64,000 nt of DNA, taken from the NCBI GenBank assembly GCA_963717285.1, contig CAVQVW010000002.1, positions 516,783-580,782 of the forward strand, in the 5' to 3' direction. Below, one piece after another: positions 35,204 to 46,481 of the stretch. Numbering within the stretch: the first letter of the stretch is position 1; each line of letters begins with the position of its first letter. The stretch is from an uncultured Thermoleophilia bacterium (GTDB taxonomy: Bacteria > Actinomycetota > Thermoleophilia > UBA2241). The translations under genes were made by a program, and so were the position numbers. The notes beneath the pieces were generated by a model. That model saw only the letters and a list, made by a program, of their open reading frames with translations. It made no database searches and was not told where the DNA came from.

Positions 35204-36388
35204 ATGGTGGATATCCAGATCTACACACGAGAGTGGTGCCCGTACTGCGCCAAGGCCAAGGCCCTTCTGCGCGCGAAAGGGCTCGAGTGGCGCGAGTTGG
35301 ATGTGACCCGCAACAAGGAACTGCAGCGCGAGATGCTCGAGCGCTCCGGACGCCGCACCGTGCCCGAGATCTTCCTCGGCGGCAAGCTTCTCGGCGGCTA
35401 CGACGACCTTGCCCGCCTCAACGCCTCCGGCGAACTCGATGGCCTGCTCGGCCTGGCCCCGGCCGAATTCAAGACCATCTACGATGTCGCGATCATCGGC
35501 GGCGGGCCGGCCGGACTCACCGCGGCCATGTACGCGGCGCGCAAGAGCCTCAGCACGATCCTCGTAGCCGCAGACATCGGCGGGCAGCTCAGCACGTCGC
35601 ACGAGGTCGCCAACTACCCGGGCTACGAGAGCATCACTGGTCCGGATCTTGTGCAGAGGCTGTTCGCGCAGGCCAGGCAATACGGCGTGACCGAGCTCGT
35701 CGGCGAACGGGTGGCCAGCGTGCGCGTCGACGGCCGGGCCAAGGTCCTCGAGCTCGAGTCCGGACGCGAGATCTGCTCGCTGACGCTGATCATCGCCAGC
35801 GGCGTGCAGAAGCGGCACCTCAACGTGCCCGGCGAGAAGGAGCTCTCCGGCGTCGGTGTCTTCTACTGCTCCACGTGCGACGGACCGCTCTTCCAGGGAC
35901 TCGACGTCATGATCGTCGGCGGCGGCAATTCCGCCATGGAGGCCGCTCTTGAGCTGAGCGCCATCGCGCACAAGGTCTACCTGGTAGCCCTCGAGGGCCT
36001 CACCGGGGACGGCGTCCTGCAGGACAGAGTCAATGCCAGCCCAGACATCGAGGTCCTGCCGCACCACAAGGCGAAGGAGATCCACGGTACCAGCCGGGTG
36101 GACGGCGTCACGGTGTTCGATCGTGAGACAGGCGAAGAGACGCGGCTCGCCGCCGACGGCGTGTTCGTCGAGGTCGGCTTCTTCCCCAACACCGGCTTCG
36201 CCCTCGATCTGGTGGACACGAACAAGGTCGGAGAGATCGTCGTCGACCGCCGCTGCCGAACGGGCGTGCGCGGCGTGTTCGCAGCGGGCGACTGCACGGA
36301 CATCGAAGACAAGCAGGTCGTGATCTCCGCCGGCGAGGGTGCCAAGGCGGCGCTCGTGGCCTTCGAGTACCTGATGCTCCAATACTGA
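35204..36388 (+). CDS. glutaredoxin-thioredoxin reductase fusion protein
   Basis: N-terminal Grx (IQIYTREWCPYCAKAK...TVPEIFLGGKLLGGYDDL) fused to a low-Mr TrxR (YDVAIIGGGPAGLTAAMYAAR, redox CSTCDG, MIVGGGNSAMEAA, GVFAAGDC). Start taken at MVDIQIY. Confidence 0.75.
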   Translation: MVDIQIYTREWCPYCAKAKALLRAKGLEWRELDVTRNKELQREMLERSGRRTVPEIFLGGKLLGGYDDLARLNASGELDGLLGLAPAEFKTIYDVAIIGGGPAGLTAAMYAARKSLSTILVAADIGGQLSTSHEVANYPGYESITGPDLVQRLFAQARQYGVTELVGERVASVRVDGRAKVLELESGREICSLTLIIASGVQKRHLNVPGEKELSGVGVFYCSTCDGPLFQGLDVMIVGGGNSAMEAALELSAIAHKVYLVALEGLTGDGVLQDRVNASPDIEVLPHHKAKEIHGTSRVDGVTVFDRETGEETRLAADGVFVEVGFFPNTGFALDLVDTNKVGEIVVDRRCRTGVRGVFAAGDCTDIEDKQVVISAGEGAKAALVAFEYLMLQY

Positions 36389-36484
36389 GAGTGGGCCGCG
36401 CCGCCGTCCGCCACCGGAGACGGACGTTCCACCCATGAGACCGTCGGGTAGGGTGTAGGCGAACGACGACAAGGAGCCCGACTC

Positions 36485-36898
36485 ATGACCACCATCCCGC
36501 AAGAGTTGCACGACCTTCTGGCCGGCGGGCACAACGTCTGGATAGCTACGGTCGGTCCAGACGGCATGCCGAACGTCTCCATCAAGAGCAGCGGCGCCTT
36601 GCTCGACGACGAGCACCTGTACTTCGCCGACATGTTCTCTCACAAGACGCGGGAGAACCTCGAAAACGACAACCGCGTCGCCGTCGGCATCCACGACCCG
36701 GAGAGGAAGGTCGCGATGCAGGTCAAGGGCCATGCGGACCTCATCGACCACGGCGAGGTCTTCGACCAGGTCAACGAGCAGCTCAAGCCGACCAGCGCCG
36801 CACAGCATCTTCCGCCAATGAAGTACGTGGTGCGCATCACCGTGGACTCCGTGTGGGACATGGGCCCCGGGCCACACGCCGGCGACGAGCTCCGCTAG
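36485..36898 (+). CDS. pyridoxamine 5'-phosphate oxidase-family (FMN/F420-binding split-barrel) protein
   Basis: 137 aa with ELHDLLAGGHNVWIATVGPDGMPNVS...LYFADMF, the PPOX split-barrel pattern. Confidence 0.6.
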   Translation: MTTIPQELHDLLAGGHNVWIATVGPDGMPNVSIKSSGALLDDEHLYFADMFSHKTRENLENDNRVAVGIHDPERKVAMQVKGHADLIDHGEVFDQVNEQLKPTSAAQHLPPMKYVVRITVDSVWDMGPGPHAGDELR

Positions 36899-36996
36899 TG
36901 GCCCAAGCCGGGTCAAGTCCCCGGTGATCCCCGAGCGAAGGAGCAGGCCAGATCGCCGCCCTGAGTCTCGACCCAGCCTGGTACGACGCGATCGCC

Positions 36997-37851
36997 GTGC
37001 GCCGTTCACGCCGCCGGTTCTCCCGTCGCGACGTCGAGCCGGCGGCGATCGACGCCCTGCAGACCTTCTGCCAGACGTTCCAGCTCTCTCCCGGCGTGCG
37101 CGTCACCCTCATCGAAGGCGGCGCCGACGTCTACACGGGGATCCTCGACCGCAGAGTGGGGGCATACGGCCGTGTCGAGGGCGCCCCTTGGACGGCGGCC
37201 TTCGTCGGACCTGAGGGCAGTGAGGTCGAGGTGGGCTACGTCGGCGAGGCCTTCATCCTCGAGGCCACACGCCTCGGACTCGGCACCTGCTGGGTCGCCG
37301 GGATGTTCGACCGCAAGACGGTGGAGCCATTGGCCTCCCTTCGGACAGGAGAGCAGGTCGTGGCGGTCACTCCGGTAGGCCACCCCGTCGAACGCAAGCA
37401 GATCATGGAGCGCATGATGAGCGCCGCCGTGCGCTCCGCCGCTCGCCGGCAGGTCGAGGAGATAGCCCCCGGACTGAAGCGCGGATTCGGCCCGGACCAC
37501 GAGGCTTGGCCCGACTGGGCCGTGACGGCGGTGGAGGCCGCGCGGCTGGCGCCCTCAGGTGCCAACCGTCAACCGTGGCGCTTCCATCTTCGAGACGACT
37601 CCCTGGTCATGAGCCGAGCCGAGGAGGTGTACTGGACCGCGCCCATCGACTTCGGAATCGCCATGTTGCACGTGGAGCTGGGCGCCGGCCACCAGGGCAT
37701 CTGCGGCGCCTGGGAGCGTCTACCCGATCCGAAGGTCGCCCGCTTCTTCCCCGTCAACGATTGGCCGGAGGCGAGCCAGGCCGAGGAACAGGGGAAGACA
37801 CCCGTTCCACCGGGGTCCTCGCCGGAGCCACAGACCTCACCCTCCAGCTGA
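36997..37851 (+). CDS. nitroreductase-family protein
   Basis: RRSRRRFSRRDV at the N-terminus (typical RRSxRxF), and GLGTCWV...PSGANRQPWRF. The true start may be an upstream non-canonical codon: GAAGGAG at 36937 and ATC at 36952 are in frame. Confidence 0.6.
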   Translation: MRRSRRRFSRRDVEPAAIDALQTFCQTFQLSPGVRVTLIEGGADVYTGILDRRVGAYGRVEGAPWTAAFVGPEGSEVEVGYVGEAFILEATRLGLGTCWVAGMFDRKTVEPLASLRTGEQVVAVTPVGHPVERKQIMERMMSAAVRSAARRQVEEIAPGLKRGFGPDHEAWPDWAVTAVEAARLAPSGANRQPWRFHLRDDSLVMSRAEEVYWTAPIDFGIAMLHVELGAGHQGICGAWERLPDPKVARFFPVNDWPEASQAEEQGKTPVPPGSSPEPQTSPSS

Positions 37852-37953
37852 GCCTGACCTCGGACGACGCCGCAACTCGCCCTCGAGGGACAGTCGAGAC
37901 ATGGGATCGAGGAGGGCGGCGGTCCTCGCCCGAAGACGCAGATCCGATGCGCC

Positions 37954-39414
37954 TCACGCCCGCCCGTGCGACCCCCGTGTGAGAGACACGGCGGCACCTA
38001 CGAGCGCCAGCAAGACGCCGACGAGCATGGCGTAGCGATAGCCGCGCACGTACCCTTCAGCGGCCTGCGCGGCCAAGGCCGCCCCCTGGCCCTGCAGCGA
38101 GAAGAGCAGGCGTCCGCCCTGTTCCCCCAGTTGGCTCGCGGCGACGCCCCCCAGCACGGCGAAGCTGAGCGTCATGCCGGTCACTCGCATCGTCCCGAGA
38201 AAGGCGCTTGCCAAACTGAGTTGGTCGTTGCGCACGGCGCCCATGACCGCGGAGCTGTTGGGCGCGCTGAAGGCAGCCATGCCCAGGCCGACGACCGCAA
38301 GACCGACGACGACTCGCTCGACCCCCGCCTCCTGCCCCAGAGTCGCGAGCACGCCCATGCCGAGAGCGATCGTGAGCATCCCCGTGGTGGTGAGCACACG
38401 TGAACCGACACGATCGCTCAACCGGCCGCTCAGGGGGCTCAGCAGGGCCATGATGAGCGGCTGGCTGAGCATCAGCCAGCCGGTGACTGCGGGCGATCGC
38501 CCCTGCACCACCTGGAGGAAGATGGCGGTCAGGATGCCGATCGCCGCAAGGGCCATGTAGTTGATGAAGGCGGCGAGATTGGCGGATGCGAAGAGGCGGT
38601 TGTGCCGAAGCAGGTCGAGATCGAGAACGGGGTCCCGGACGCGCAGCTCCGTCATCACGAACGCCGCCAGGGCGAGACCCGAGACTGCCAACAGCGCGAC
38701 GCTCTGCGACGCCATCCAGCCCCACTCCGCGCCGAAGGTCAGGGGCACGAGAAGACACACGAGGAACAGGCTGAGCAGGATCGTCCCGAGGGCATCGGGG
38801 CGCGACGCCTCCCTGCGGACCGAATCCCGACGCGGCAGCAGGAACCAGCCCCAGAGGAGAGAGATGACCCCGACCGGCAGATTCACGAGGAAGACCCAGC
38901 GCCAGCCGAGGCCGCCGGCAAGGAACCCTCCGAGCGGTGGACCGATGCTCAGTCCGAGATAGATGGCCATCACATTGATGCCGAGCGCGCGACCGCGCTC
39001 GTGCGGTGGGAACACGGCAGTGACGATCGCCGCCGATGTCGCGCTGAGCAGCGCCGCCCCGGCGCCCTGCACGATGCGACTGCCGATCATCCAGCTGGCG
39101 TTCATGCTCAGTGCCGCCAGAAACGACCCCACCGTGAACACCGCGATGCCCAGCAGGTAGTAGCGCACGCGGCCACGGTGGTCGGCGACCCTTCCCATGG
39201 GGATCAGAAGCACCGCCATGGTCAGCAGATACGCGGCTTGCACCCACATCGACGTCGCGAAGCTGAGGTCCAGGTCGGGGCTCATCACCGGCAGCGCGAC
39301 CGCGACGATAGCGCTGTCCAGGGGGCTCATGAAGGCCCCGATGGAGGTCAGGGCGAGAAGCCCCCACCGGCGCCGGTGCAAGTCCTCCGACGTGATACGG
39401 CGCAAGGGCAGCAT
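37954..39414 (-). CDS. MFS transporter, DHA2 (EmrB/QacA-like, 14 TMS) family
   Basis: 486 aa, 14 predicted helices. MFS motifs GRVADHRGRVRYY and LGINVMAIYLGLSIGPPLGG. Confidence 0.8.
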   Translation of the reverse strand: MLPLRRITSEDLHRRRWGLLALTSIGAFMSPLDSAIVAVALPVMSPDLDLSFATSMWVQAAYLLTMAVLLIPMGRVADHRGRVRYYLLGIAVFTVGSFLAALSMNASWMIGSRIVQGAGAALLSATSAAIVTAVFPPHERGRALGINVMAIYLGLSIGPPLGGFLAGGLGWRWVFLVNLPVGVISLLWGWFLLPRRDSVRREASRPDALGTILLSLFLVCLLVPLTFGAEWGWMASQSVALLAVSGLALAAFVMTELRVRDPVLDLDLLRHNRLFASANLAAFINYMALAAIGILTAIFLQVVQGRSPAVTGWLMLSQPLIMALLSPLSGRLSDRVGSRVLTTTGMLTIALGMGVLATLGQEAGVERVVVGLAVVGLGMAAFSAPNSSAVMGAVRNDQLSLASAFLGTMRVTGMTLSFAVLGGVAASQLGEQGGRLLFSLQGQGAALAAQAAEGYVRGYRYAMLVGVLLALVGAAVSLTRGSHGRA

Positions 39415-39654
39415 GACGAGAGTCTAGCTTCGTGCGCACGACCCCGCGACCTCCCTCCCCCTCTGCCTCGCCCAGTCACCGCACCGACCTCCGGGTCAGC
39501 CCGGCGGACGGCGCCACGGACTCGCACGAGGCGCGGCCGGCCCAGCAGCCTGTGCCAGGGCGACGCTTGACAGGCGCGCGCCACTGCCCTAGCGTTCATC
39601 CATCGTCAGAGCAAGGTCGGCGAGCGAGCAACGCTGGGTCGTGTTCACCGGGAG

Positions 39655-41241
39655 GTGTCACATGCTTGGCCCGTGGCAAAGGACATACGCGTCACACCGC
39701 AGCTAGTCGAGGCGCAACGCCTCGCACTGGCTCATAACGTCGTTCCCGTCACCCACTCGTTCGTCTCCGACCTCGAGACCCCCGTCTCGGCATTCCTCAA
39801 GCTCGGTGCCCCGCGGCGCGCCTTCCTGCTAGAGAGCGCGGAACAGGGCCAGCACATGGGCCGCTACTCGTTCCTTGGCGTGGGCGCCCGTGCCCTCGTC
39901 ACCTACGCGAACGGGCGCCTGACGATCCAGGAGAACGGTGACCGCCTCGAGGTCGAACACGACGATCCCTTCGCCGCGGCTGCCGAGCTCCTCACCAGCT
40001 ACCGCCCGCCGGCGAACGACGACCTGCCGCCCCTGGCGGGCGGCCTCGTCGGCTACTTCGGCTACGACCTCGTTCGTCACCTCGAGCCGCTGCCCGACGC
40101 CCCTCCGGACGACCTCGGCCTTCCCGAGATGGCCTTCCTGCTCGCCGATACGGTCCTCGTGTTCGACCATCTCAAGCACACGATCACGGTGGTCGCCAAC
40201 GCCTTCGTCGAGGGACGCGACATCGATGGACCGTACGGGCGCGCCGTCGAGCGGATCGCCGACGTCAAGACCAAGCTCGATCAGCCCCTTCCGTCGCCCG
40301 CCTGCGGTCAGCCTGGGCTCGCCGATCGAGGCGCGGGAGGCGAGGAAGACCTGCGGGGTGATGCCTCGCGCCCCGTGACCTCGTCGATGAGCCGCGAGGA
40401 GTACGAGGCTGGCGTCGAGCGTGTCCGCGAGTACATCTACGCCGGCGACGCGTTCCAGGTGGTCCTCAGCCAGCGCTTCCGCACGCCCGTCGACGTCTCG
40501 TCGTTCACGGTCTACCGCGGCCTGCGGGCAGTCAATCCGAGCCCCTACATGTACTACATCGCCTTCGACGACTTCGCTCTCTGCGGCTCGAGCCCCGAGC
40601 CCCTCGTCACCGTACGCGACGGGCACGTCGAGACGCGACCAATCGCTGGCACGCGCAGGCGCGGCGCGACCGCGGCCGAGGACCGCAAGCTCATGGCCGA
40701 CCTGCGCGCCGACGAGAAGGAGTGCGCCGAGCATCTGATGCTCGTCGATCTGGGGCGAAACGACCTCGGCCGAGTGTGCGTGCCGGGCAGCGTCACGGTC
40801 GACGAGTTCATGGGTATGGAGTCGTACTCGCACGTCATCCACATGGTCTCGAACGTGAGCGGCACCCTGAGCGAAGGGATGACCCCGACCGACGCCCTCA
40901 AGGCGGCCTTCCCCGCGGGCACGGTGAGCGGCGCCCCCAAGGTGCGGGCCATGCAGATCATCGACGAGCTCGAGCCCCTGCGCAGGGGTCCCTACGCCGG
41001 CGCCATCGGCTACCTGAGCTACGGGGGCGACCTGGACACCTGCATCTGCATCCGCACGATGATCGTGAAGGATGGCGTCGCCTATCTGCAGGCCGGCGCG
41101 GGGATCGTCGCCGACAGCAATCCCGGGCGAGAGTACGAGGAGACGCAGAGCAAGGCCGCAGCCTTGCTGCGCGCCATCCAGCTGGCACACGAGGAGTTCG
41201 CCGGGTCTGCTCATCCAGAGACCGTGGGACGGGGGGAGTGA
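39655..41241 (+). CDS. trpE: anthranilate synthase component I
   Basis: HNVVPVTHSFVSDLETPVSAF...LLESAE, catalytic LVDLGRNDLGRV, and GAIGYLSYGGDLDTCICIRT. Start ambiguous: GTG 39655 or GTG 39673. Confidence 0.85.
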   Translation: MSHAWPVAKDIRVTPQLVEAQRLALAHNVVPVTHSFVSDLETPVSAFLKLGAPRRAFLLESAEQGQHMGRYSFLGVGARALVTYANGRLTIQENGDRLEVEHDDPFAAAAELLTSYRPPANDDLPPLAGGLVGYFGYDLVRHLEPLPDAPPDDLGLPEMAFLLADTVLVFDHLKHTITVVANAFVEGRDIDGPYGRAVERIADVKTKLDQPLPSPACGQPGLADRGAGGEEDLRGDASRPVTSSMSREEYEAGVERVREYIYAGDAFQVVLSQRFRTPVDVSSFTVYRGLRAVNPSPYMYYIAFDDFALCGSSPEPLVTVRDGHVETRPIAGTRRRGATAAEDRKLMADLRADEKECAEHLMLVDLGRNDLGRVCVPGSVTVDEFMGMESYSHVIHMVSNVSGTLSEGMTPTDALKAAFPAGTVSGAPKVRAMQIIDELEPLRRGPYAGAIGYLSYGGDLDTCICIRTMIVKDGVAYLQAGAGIVADSNPGREYEETQSKAAALLRAIQLAHEEFAGSAHPETVGRGE

Positions 41242-41243
41242 CG

Positions 41244-41880
<637 letters not shown>

Positions 41881-41891
<11 letters not shown>

Positions 41892-42927
41892 CGTCATCAC
41901 CGCCGCCCTGAAGACGCTGACCGCCGGTCGCGACCTCACCGAGGACGAGGCGCGCGGTGTCCTGCTCGAGATCATGGCCGGCCGCGCCGGCGATGCGCAG
42001 ACGGCCGCCTTCCTCAGCGCTCTGCGCGTCAAGGGCGAGACCGCGGCCGAGATCGTCGGCATGGCGCGAGCCATGATCGAGCTGGCTGAGAAGGTCGAGG
42101 TCGACGCCGACGTCATCCTCGACACCTGCGGCACCGGCGGAGACGGGGCCAACACGTTCAACATCTCGACGGCGGCAGCCATCGTAGCCGCCGGCGCCGG
42201 TGTGACGGTGGCCAAGCACGGCAACCGCTCGGCCACCAGCAAGTGCGGCAGCGCCGACGTCCTCGAGGCGCTCGGTGTCGCCATCGACATCGAGCCCCCG
42301 CTGGTGAGTCGTTGCATCGCCGAGGCCGGGATCGGGTTCATGTTCGCACCACGCCACCACCTGGCCATGCGGCACGTGGCGCCGGTTCGCCGCGAGCTGG
42401 GCATGGCCACGACCTTCAACCTCATCGGCCCTCTCACCAACCCGGCCGGCGCCCGGCACCAGCTCATCGGTGTCGCCGACCCCCGCTACGTCCGGCGTGT
42501 CGCCCAGGCGGTTCGCCTGATGGGGTCGGCGCGCAACCTCATCGTGCACAGCGAAGACGGCCTCGACGAGATCTCGACCACCTGTCGCACCGACGTCGTC
42601 GAGGTGTTCGCGGACAAGGGGCTCGACGCGTTCTACGAGCTCCAGCCCGAGGCATTCGGGATGCGCCGCGCCCGGCTCGAGGAGCTGCGCGGCGGTGACG
42701 CCGACGAGAACGCGGGGTACCTTCGCGAGGTGCTGCACGGCGTCGACGGGCCGCGCCTCGACATCGTCCTGCTGAACGCCGGCGCTGCCCTCTACATCGC
42801 CGAGACCGCCGCGACAATCGCCGAGGGTGTCGAGACGGCACGGAGCGCCGTCGCTTCCGGCGCCGCCCGCGCCAAACTCGAAGCCCTCATCGCGACGACG
42901 AACCGCCTCAAGGCGGCGTCCGCATGA
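41881..42927 (+). CDS. trpD: anthranilate phosphoribosyltransferase
   Basis: DTCGTGGDGANTFNISTAAAIVAAGAGVTVAKHGNRS. GTG start overlaps the trpG 3' end by 11 nt. Confidence 0.85.
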
Positions 42928-43754
42928 GCGACTTCCTCGCAGAGATGGTCACCGGCGCCCGCGAACGCGTCGCGGCGGCGCGCGAGGCGGTGCCGCTGGC
43001 GCGCCCGGCCGGGGAACGCCCCGGCGGCGGCCTGCTCGCCGCGCTCGCGGCGCCGGCCGCCAGGGACGGCGTCGCAGGACCGCCGGCATCCCTGGCCCTC
43101 GTCGCCGAGGTCAAGCGCCGCTCCCCGAGCAAGGGCGCCATCGCGCCCGATCTCGACGCCGTCGCCCAGGCCCGCGCCTACGAGGCGGCAGGCGCCGATG
43201 CCGTCTCGGTGCTCACCGAGCCCTCGCGCTTCGGCGGCTCGCTCGAGGACCTGCGCGCCGTCGCCGCGGCCGTCAGTCTGCCGGTGCTGCGCAAGGACTT
43301 CATCGTCGACCCGTACCAGGTGTGGGAAGCGGCCGCCGCAGGCGCCGCAGCCGTTCTGCTGATCGTCGCGGCACTGTCGGACAGACGGCTGGGCGACCTC
43401 CTGGAGGAGTGCGCGCTCTGTGGGCTCGACGCACTGGTCGAGGTGCACGACGAGGCCGAGATGGAGCGTGCTTTGGCGAGTGGGGCTACACTGATCGGTG
43501 TGAACAACCGCGACCTGCGCACCCTGACCGTCGATCTCGGCGCCACTGAGCGCTTGGCGCACCGAGTCCCGCCGCACGTGCTGCTCGTGAGCGAGAGCGG
43601 CATCTCAGACGCAGCCGACGCGCGTCGCATGGCGCTCGCCGGCGCGCGAGCTCTCCTCGTCGGCGAGACGCTGGTGCGCGCGGGCACCGGAGACCTCTCG
43701 GGGCGAGTTCACACCCTGCGCAGTGCCGGCGCATCTTCTGGAGGCGCGCGATGA
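42924..43754 (+). CDS. trpC: indole-3-glycerol phosphate synthase
   Basis: LALVAEVKRRSPSKG...LRKDFIVDPYQV...LVEVHD..IGVNNRDLRT. Overlaps the trpD stop (ATGA). Confidence 0.85.
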   Translation: MSDFLAEMVTGARERVAAAREAVPLARPAGERPGGGLLAALAAPAARDGVAGPPASLALVAEVKRRSPSKGAIAPDLDAVAQARAYEAAGADAVSVLTEPSRFGGSLEDLRAVAAAVSLPVLRKDFIVDPYQVWEAAAAGAAAVLLIVAALSDRRLGDLLEECALCGLDALVEVHDEAEMERALASGATLIGVNNRDLRTLTVDLGATERLAHRVPPHVLLVSESGISDAADARRMALAGARALLVGETLVRAGTGDLSGRVHTLRSAGASSGGAR

Positions 43755-44389
43755 CCCTCGTCAAGGTCTGCGGCCTCACCCGCGAGCGCGACGTGCGCCA
43801 CGCCGTCGAGAAGGGCGCCGCCGCTTGCGGTTTCGTGCTCAGCGCGAGTCCCCGTCAGGTGGCGCCGGCACGTGCCGGCGAGCTGTCCGCAGAGGCCCGC
43901 GACGTTCTCACGGTCGCCGTAGTCACAACGGAATCCGGCGAGTGGATCGCGGCCGCGCTGGTCGAGAGCGGCGTGCGCGCCGTCCAGCTCTCAGCGGGCG
44001 CGGACGGACCCTCGGTCGCGGCGGTGCGGGCAGCCGCCGGGCGAGAGGGACTGCGGCCCTTCGTGATCGCTGCGGCAGACACGCCCGACGCAGCCTCGGC
44101 CGACCTCACACTGCTCGACGCGCGCCGCCCCGGCGTCTACGGAGGCACCGGCGCCGCGCTGGACTGGCGAGCCCTTGCGCAGACTGCACTACCCCCCAAG
44201 GAGCGCCTCGTCGTAGCGGGCGGCCTTGCACCAGCCAACGTCGGTGAGGCGGTCGCCGCCTTGCAGCCGTCCATGGTCGACGTGTGCAGCGGGACGGAGG
44301 CAGCCCCCGGCGTCAAGGACGAGGGCCTGCTCGCCGGGTTCTTCGCGGCCGTCGCCGAAGCGGACGACGCGCGAGGTGGCAGCGCATGA
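43751..44389 (+). CDS. trpF: phosphoribosylanthranilate isomerase
   Basis: [15 protein letters not shown]...AACGFVL. Position between trpC and trpB. ATGA overlaps at both ends. Confidence 0.75.
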   Translation: MTLVKVCGLTRERDVRHAVEKGAAACGFVLSASPRQVAPARAGELSAEARDVLTVAVVTTESGEWIAAALVESGVRAVQLSAGADGPSVAAVRAAAGREGLRPFVIAAADTPDAASADLTLLDARRPGVYGGTGAALDWRALAQTALPPKERLVVAGGLAPANVGEAVAALQPSMVDVCSGTEAAPGVKDEGLLAGFFAAVAEADDARGGSA

Positions 44390-45588
44390 GTATCCAGTCC
44401 CACTTCGGTCCCTACGGCGGACGCTTCGTGCCGGAGACGCTCATCCCGGCGCTGGACGAGCTCACGGCGGCCTACGAGGAAGCCCACGCCGACGCCGCCT
44501 TCCAGTCCGTGCTCGCGGGCCTCCTTGCCGACTACGCCGGGCGGCCGACGCCCCTGTATCACGCCGGCAGGCTGAGCAAGCTCTGCGGAGCCACCATCCT
44601 CCTCAAACGCGAGGACCTCTGCCACACCGGCGCCCACAAGATCAACAACGTCCTCGGGCAGGCGCTTCTGGCAAGGCGCATGGGCAAGCACCGTGTGATC
44701 GCCGAGACGGGTGCCGGTCAGCACGGCGTCGCCACGGCGACCGCCTGCGCCCTGCTCGACCTGGAGTGCGTTGTCTACATGGGCGCCGAAGACATCCGCC
44801 GGCAAGAGCTCAATGTCGTGCGCATGGGACTGCTCGGCGCGCGCGTCGTCCCCGTGGAGAGCGGCTCACGGACGCTCAAGGACGCGATGAACGAGGCGCT
44901 GCGCGACTGGGTGACGAACGTCGCGACCACCTTCTACGTCATCGGCTCGGTCGCGGGCCCCGCGCCGTACCCAGCGATGGTACGCGACTTCCAGGCCGTG
45001 ATCGGCGACGAGGCGATCGGACAAGTGAGGGAGCGCTTCGGCTGCCTCCCCGACGAGGTCGTCGCCTGTGTCGGCGGCGGGTCCAACGCCATCGGGCTCT
45101 TCCATGCGTTCCGCGACCTCCCGGTGCGCTTCACGGGCGTCGAGGCGGCCGGCGAGGGCCTCGACGGTCGTCACGGAGCGCCACTCGCGAAAGGCAAGCC
45201 TGGCGTACTGCACGGCTCATTCAGCTACCTCCTGCAGGACGCCTGGGGCCAGGTGGCAGAGGCTCACTCGATCTCCGCGGGGCTCGACTACCCCGGAGTC
45301 GGCCCCGAGCATTCGTGGCTCAGGGACTCCGGGCGAGCACGATACGCAGCGGCCACCGACGCAGAGGCCTTGGCCGCCTTCCGCACGCTCGCCCGCATGG
45401 AGGGCATCATCCCGGCGCTCGAGAGCGCCCACGCCATCGCCTACGTGCTGCGCGGGCCGGCGAGCGGACCCGCGTTCACCCCGTCGGGCACCCGTTTCTC
45501 CTCCGGCGACATCGTCGTCGTCAACCTATCCGGCCGAGGAGACAAGGACGTCCACGAAGCAGTCCACCTGATTGAGGAGGCGACGTGA
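44386..45588 (+). CDS. trpB: tryptophan synthase beta chain
   Basis: [13 protein letters not shown]...GRPTPLY...[16 protein letters not shown]...ETGAGQHG (PLP-lysine motif). Confidence 0.9.
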   Translation: MSIQSHFGPYGGRFVPETLIPALDELTAAYEEAHADAAFQSVLAGLLADYAGRPTPLYHAGRLSKLCGATILLKREDLCHTGAHKINNVLGQALLARRMGKHRVIAETGAGQHGVATATACALLDLECVVYMGAEDIRRQELNVVRMGLLGARVVPVESGSRTLKDAMNEALRDWVTNVATTFYVIGSVAGPAPYPAMVRDFQAVIGDEAIGQVRERFGCLPDEVVACVGGGSNAIGLFHAFRDLPVRFTGVEAAGEGLDGRHGAPLAKGKPGVLHGSFSYLLQDAWGQVAEAHSISAGLDYPGVGPEHSWLRDSGRARYAAATDAEALAAFRTLARMEGIIPALESAHAIAYVLRGPASGPAFTPSGTRFSSGDIVVVNLSGRGDKDVHEAVHLIEEAT

Positions 45589-46424
45589 GCCTCCCCCTCA
45601 CCCCGCGCCTGGACCAGGCCTTCGCCACACCGCGCGCGCAGCGCGCGGCGCTCATCCCCTACCTCACCGGTGGGCACCCCGATCTCAAGACCAGCCACCG
45701 TCTGATCGAGACGTTGATCGACTCCGGCGCCGACATCGTCGAGCTCGGCATCCCGTTCTCGGACCCGATCGCCGACGGGCCCGTCGTGCAGCAGTCCACC
45801 CACCAAGCGCTGCTGGCCGGGGTGACGGCCGACGACGTGCTGCAGCTGGCGGCCGCATACAGTCCGCACGTACCTTTCGTCTTGCTCACCTATCTGAACC
45901 CAGTGCTCGCCTACGGACCTGAGCGTTTCTTCGCCAACGCGGCGGAGGCGGGCGTCGAAGCCCTGGTCATCCCCGACCTGCCGCTGGACGAAGCGCTCGC
46001 GCCCGGCGGCGACACGGCCGCTGCGCAGGGCGGGTTGATGGCACTGGCCGCGACGCATCGCATCGGCCTCGTGCCGATGGCCACCCCGACGAGCACCGAT
46101 GCACGCCTCGACATGCTCGCCGAGGCGGCCACGAGCTTCGTCTACTGCGTCGCCGTGACGGGCGTGACGGGAGTGCGGCGGGACGTAGGCACGGACCTCC
46201 CTGGCCTCATCGGACGCCTACGGACCCGCACGGGAGCACCGCTGGCCGTCGGTTTTGGGATCTCGACGCCCGAGCAGGCCAGAGGCGTCGCCCGCCTCGC
46301 AGACGGCGTCATCATCGGCAGCGCCCTCATCGACCTGATCGCGCGAAGCGACGACGCCGACAGCGCCTGCGCCGCCGTGGAGAAGCTCATGAAGGCCGCG
46401 AGCAGCGCCATCCGCCGCGGCTGA
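45585..46424 (+). CDS. trpA: tryptophan synthase alpha chain
   Basis: [12 protein letters not shown]...[24 protein letters not shown] start overlaps the trpB stop (GTGA). Confidence 0.85.
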   Translation: MSLPLTPRLDQAFATPRAQRAALIPYLTGGHPDLKTSHRLIETLIDSGADIVELGIPFSDPIADGPVVQQSTHQALLAGVTADDVLQLAAAYSPHVPFVLLTYLNPVLAYGPERFFANAAEAGVEALVIPDLPLDEALAPGGDTAAAQGGLMALAATHRIGLVPMATPTSTDARLDMLAEAATSFVYCVAVTGVTGVRRDVGTDLPGLIGRLRTRTGAPLAVGFGISTPEQARGVARLADGVIIGSALIDLIARSDDADSACAAVEKLMKAASSAIRRG

Positions 46425-46481
46425 GCCCGGCCAACCGAGTCGGCAGCCGGAGCCACGATCCCCTCCGGTCCGCTCGCGCCC

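Noticed and set aside
36928-36996. N-terminal extension of the nitroreductase from a non-canonical ATC start (GAAGGAG at 36937, ATC at 36952)
   Set aside because: It is plausible but unsupported. The GTG at 36997 already yields a protein beginning at the conserved RRSxRxF motif, so the called start was kept and the alternative only noted.
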